Made by a program: the position numbers and the translations under genes. From assembly GCA_014728035.1 (NCBI GenBank), contig WJMJ01000021.1, positions 1 through 10,095 on the forward strand: a DNA stretch of 10,095 nt, given 5' to 3'. Positions 6,096 to 10,095 of this stretch are shown piece by piece. Below the pieces are notes generated by a model. It ran no database searches and was not told the DNA's origin. It was given only the letters and a program-made list of their open reading frames with translations. The stretch comes from Promethearchaeota archaeon (lineage in GTDB: Archaea > Asgardarchaeota > Thorarchaeia > Thorarchaeales > Thorarchaeaceae). How positions within the stretch are numbered: position 1 is the first letter of the stretch; every line of letters starts with the position of its first letter.

Positions 6096-7487
6096 ATGAA
6101 AAAATTAGATAGAGACAATGTTCTCAAAACAACATTTTTGTTGTTGATGTACATTGGAAGCATTTTTGCAGGAGCTATTTCTTTTGCAGCACCTGTGGTG
6201 TATGCTGATAATGGAATTGGGGACATAGTCAAGTTCAAGGTGGATGATGATTATGAAGTTGTTCCACCTGATGTGGCTGTAATAACGACAGACACACAAA
6301 AAGATATAACGATATGGATACACAATAACGAGCCTGAAGGCGGAAATTGTATTGATGAGATTATCTTGACATTCCCGGATGACTGGCAGGGAAGTATTGA
6401 TACAGCAGCATCCAGTGCGACAAATATGGGTGCAGTTGTTAAGACTAACCAGGCAAACAGCGATAACCCGAATCCATATAGCGAATTAGAAAATGACCCA
6501 AGGTCAATAAGAATTGTTCCAGATTATTCTCAAGACGGAACAATGCTTTGCCCGAGTGGGACAACAAAGATTACAATCAAGGGATTGACATCACCAACTG
6601 ATGCCGGAGATTCTGAGGTTTCAATTATGACTTCTGATGAGAATCATAATGAACCAAGCGACAGCTATGTCAGGCTGCCAATTGCAGAACATCCAGTGAT
6701 AAGAGTCAGTGAAGCTGAAAAAGTAAAGATTGAGTACATACAGAAAAGCGAATTTTCTACTGATGCTGATGCTGACTACAAATTTACAGGAAAAGCATGG
6801 GGTGCATGGGGAAGGCTTGATAAGCTTTTTATAAAAAGCGATGCAAGTGCAGATATCGAAGTATATCTTGATAATGGTGACGGTGTATATGATTCCTCAA
6901 CAGATGACTGGATGATCGGATCCGGTTCAGTTGCTGCAGGAAAAAACACAATCAACCTTGATAATTATGATTCGGACATGGATATAGGTAATACTGTCTG
7001 GAATGGATTTGTTAATGACGGAACCATTGCTACATATTATATTGTATTTACATCCGGTTCAGCAAATCTTGAAAATATCGGACATACTGATTCTGCAAGA
7101 TATCTTGATCCAAGTGTTGTCGGAACAGGATTCGAAGGCACAGCAGAAGGAAAGGTCATTACAGTAAATGATGCTCCACAGCCTGCTGACGGCAGAAAAA
7201 TAAAAGTCCAGTTAGTCAAAGAAGAAGGAGACATGATTCTTGATGTAAAAGAAGAAGATATCCCAATCTATTATATGACTGATCTTGGAACTTTTACAGA
7301 AGACAGTCCGGAGCCTACAGATGCAAACGGACAGGCAGAAATCAATCTGATGCCTGGAACAAAGAAAGGAATTGCAGATGTTAAGGTATGTTATCCTGAT
7401 CCTAGCTGCGAACATGAATATGTTGGTATAAATGCAAGGACAGCACAGACATGCGAGATAACAAAAAGGCAAAGATGTAGAAGTTGA
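6096..7487 (+). CDS. N-terminal part of a giant secreted Ig-like (Big_1/invasin-type) repeat protein, ending prematurely at a frameshift
   Basis: GGAGGGG (6084-6090) precedes ATG 6096. It has a long signal peptide ending VVYA and a Big_1-like ADG...TDANGQAEINL...GIADVKV segment. The last 6 residues (RQRCRS) are uncharacteristically basic, consistent with out-of-frame translation. Confidence 0.82.
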   Translation: MKKLDRDNVLKTTFLLLMYIGSIFAGAISFAAPVVYADNGIGDIVKFKVDDDYEVVPPDVAVITTDTQKDITIWIHNNEPEGGNCIDEIILTFPDDWQGSIDTAASSATNMGAVVKTNQANSDNPNPYSELENDPRSIRIVPDYSQDGTMLCPSGTTKITIKGLTSPTDAGDSEVSIMTSDENHNEPSDSYVRLPIAEHPVIRVSEAEKVKIEYIQKSEFSTDADADYKFTGKAWGAWGRLDKLFIKSDASADIEVYLDNGDGVYDSSTDDWMIGSGSVAAGKNTINLDNYDSDMDIGNTVWNGFVNDGTIATYYIVFTSGSANLENIGHTDSARYLDPSVVGTGFEGTAEGKVITVNDAPQPADGRKIKVQLVKEEGDMILDVKEEDIPIYYMTDLGTFTEDSPEPTDANGQAEINLMPGTKKGIADVKVCYPDPSCEHEYVGINARTAQTCEITKRQRCRS

Positions 7488-10095
7488 AGCCGGAGAGATT
7501 GTTGAGATTGAAGCCACATTATATGACGAGTTCGGAAATATAATCACAAACAATCCTGAACAGAAATTAGTAGAATTTGATCTGTTATCAAAACCAGATG
7601 CTGATGCTTCATTAGATGACGATACCAATCTTGGTGATATTAGTGATCATGAAGAAGAAGACAGCCAGTTGGGTACAGCAGATACCTATCTGCATACCAG
7701 TGCAACAATGGGAGATCATGTTGTAGAGGTAGAAGCAGAAGGAATTGACTGCGGTACAACAACTGTTAAAGGAACATTAGGACAGGCAGATGCTGTCGAA
7801 TGTTTTGCTGTAGAAGTCGGAGATAATGAAGTTAAAGCTGACGAGTGCTTTGATGTAGAGGTCTATATAACTGATAAGAACGGAAACAGGCTTCCAAAAT
7901 GGGAGAGCTTTGTTGAGATAACATTATCAGACACAGAAAAATATATTGACTCAACTGACCTTAGAGAAGAGATAATCTTCAATAATGGACACTCAGTAAA
8001 AGGAAAACTAAACAACAATGCAGAAGCAAAAGCAATAATTACTGTATGCGGATGCGATGATCTTGGTGAATTAGATGTTGTATGCAGATCAGACACTCTT
8101 GAAGATGATGATTTTGCATTAGATGTAATAAACTCAGATCCTGATTGCATTGACGTAGCAGTTGATGAAAATGACCCATGTAATCCTTACAGGACAGTAA
8201 GAACATCAGTTCTTGATACCTGCGGCAACAAGTTAATTGACCAGGAATGTGCTGAAGGAGGTTGGGCAAGCTCATGCATGGAACTATCTGCAAGTTGCGG
8301 AACATTAAATGAACTTGATTCAACTGAAAAAGTATGCGCTGATCTTAGAAATACCGGAGAAGCAGATCCTGCAATCTGGGATCTTTCAGAGTGCGGATGC
8401 GGAACTTTCAGCATAACAGTAGATGATGAACCTGACTGCTGTCTTTTAGAAAACGGACAGACTTTGCCGATTTGCGAACCTCTTGAGGTTAACCTAGTCG
8501 GTCCAGTTGACAGGACTGATTTTACTGTTCAGCCTGAAGCATCAAATCAGGAAGATTTCTATGTGAGTGAAAGAACTGAGATCATACTAGAGCAGTACGA
8601 CGAATGTGATCAGCTTTATGTATGTGAAGACGGAACAGTAGACATTAAACTTGAAGGTGAAGATTGTGTTGACACCTCAATTCAGGTAGACAGTCCTCTT
8701 GAATTAGAAGGTAAAGAAATCTGCGGAATTGAAAAAGACACTCCTTTATACAAGGTTGTGATCGAAAACTGTGCGGAACCTGACAAGGATGGATTAATGC
8801 CTGCATGGACAGATCTTCCGGAAAAGGATGACATTGTAGTTGATAAGCTGGCTTTTAAGTATTCAGGAGACTCAAGTGATACCATCTGTATCTATGAGGA
8901 AACTGAAGAAGTAGTTGGTTTTGACTCAACTGACAAATCATGGGGATGCAGACAATTAAACAGCGGTGACAGAGTGTTCTATGATTCAGTTCATGATGTT
9001 TATCTGATTGAATTAAATAATAGAATCGGAAAAAGAAAATTAAATGAGTATGACATCCAGAGAATGGGTGGAGCAATTATCAGACCAGGAGATACAAAGG
9101 ACTTTTACTTTGTATTGCAGAGCGGTCAGACAATTTGTGAAACAAAAGACATTGATTACGAGTATTATCAGGACTATAACAGCCCGGACTTTATTGAATG
9201 GGACAATGGAGCTCATGTCAGAGACACCATTGAAGGTTCTGAAGGATATACCAGAAGAAATGACGACTATGATGCAGATGATGCACCAGGTCCATACGAT
9301 GTTGTACCAGATCCATACCATTGGTATGCTGTAACACCAGATTACGGATTCGGAGACAGAGTCCTGCATAATCTTGGCTTTGTAAAAGGAGTTGCAAGAG
9401 CAGTATTCAGGGATCTTGTATCTGAGAACGTAAAGATCTATGTTGACTCTGTTGAACAGGGATCAGTTAATTTCAACCCTCAGCCAGCAACACAGGTTGT
9501 TGCAATAAATCACGGAGATTTATCTGAGGAAGAAATCTGTGATTCCAATAACAAAGATTGCAGACCAGCTATGGCTTGTGAAGGCGAAGGTTATGACATC
9601 AATCTACAGATTACAGACGGATTCCAGAATCATGTTGGCTTGGATAATACAAAAATCCAGCTAGAGTCATGTCTGATGTATCCGAGAATTGTAGAAGTAG
9701 GTGAAGTTGAACTTGAGATCTGGAACAGGTTAAAAATCAGGGAATCAAGCAATCCAAAGGATGTGTGCTTTGACATGGATAAATTCGAGAAAGCTGTTGA
9801 GATGGAAGTCAAACAGAAACTCGGATGGAACAGTCTATTCACACAGCTGTTGTTGGAAAGCGATGAATTCCAGAAATTAGTTAATGATTTGTATAAGTCA
9901 AAAGACGTTAAGTTTGTTGATGCAGCCACTGACGAGTATGGTCATGATGTTGTGTATACAGACTCTAATGGTCAAGCGACTTTCCGTGTTGAATCAGATG
10001 ATTCAAGCCTATTCGGAATAAGATCATACAACACTGGTTTCAGGATCTTTACAATACCTGTTGGCCTAGATGCAGATTTTTTTGATGTGATCTTC
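7468..10095 (+). CDS. Frameshifted continuation of the Ig-repeat surface protein (at least 876 aa, runs off the window; missing from the ORF track)
   Basis: Manual translation of frame +1 shows no stop from 7462 to 10095 (GKDVEVEAGEIVEIEATLYDEFGN...LDADFFDVIF). Recurrent Big_1 motifs are LYDEFGN, ITDKNGN, VLDTCGN, QYDECDQ, ITDGFQN and TDSNGQATF. It has the same acidic composition as the upstream ORF and no signal peptide of its own. Confidence 0.85.

Noticed and set aside
7485-7505. TGA readthrough, selenocysteine or an alternative genetic code at the end of the 6096 ORF
   Set aside because: The same frame hits another TGA at 7503-7505, and the meaningful protein continues in a different frame. 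Trp is encoded by TGG in these genes.
293-9929. Numerous short minus-strand and alternate-frame ORFs in the track (e.g. 412-762, 3007-3486, 3878-4321, 7212-7628, 9044-9334)
   Set aside because: All lie within or opposite the long + strand genes. Their His/Ser/Ile-rich composition mirrors the GAT/GAA/TGT codon bias of the real genes, and they show no recognisable motifs.
7708-10095. Independent gene starting at ATG 7708
   Set aside because: It has no SD or signal peptide, the start falls mid Ig-domain, and the coding-like sequence extends about 80 codons upstream to the frameshift site.

Overview
A low-GC, almost certainly archaeal window (identical TTTAAATA TATA boxes, GGAGG/GGGGTG Shine-Dalgarno sites, PEF-CTERM sorting signals). 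A DPANN/Woesearchaeota-type origin is an inference only. It holds four co-oriented (+) genes for secreted, acidic, cysteine-rich cell-surface proteins. The first two are small PEF-CTERM-anchored proteins (366-866, 917-1411). The third is a 1432-aa adhesin with an N-terminal beta-sandwich, about 15 Myxococcus-type Cys-rich (DUF4215-like) repeats, a vWA domain and a C-terminal CBM96/DNRLRE-like domain (1638-5936). The fourth is a giant invasin/Big_1-like Ig-repeat protein starting at 6096. It is split by a +1 frameshift near an A5 run (7463-7467) and continues as an open frame, absent from the ORF track, past the window end (at least 1333 aa if fused). The 5' end of the window has a perfect 49-bp tandem repeat built of hairpins, followed by a two-hairpin element resembling REP or IS200/IS605 ends. 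The three promoter regions share a TAACTA/TAGTTA motif, and the two long leaders carry extra SD sites and mini-ORFs. Domain names come from motif recognition by eye, not from database searches.
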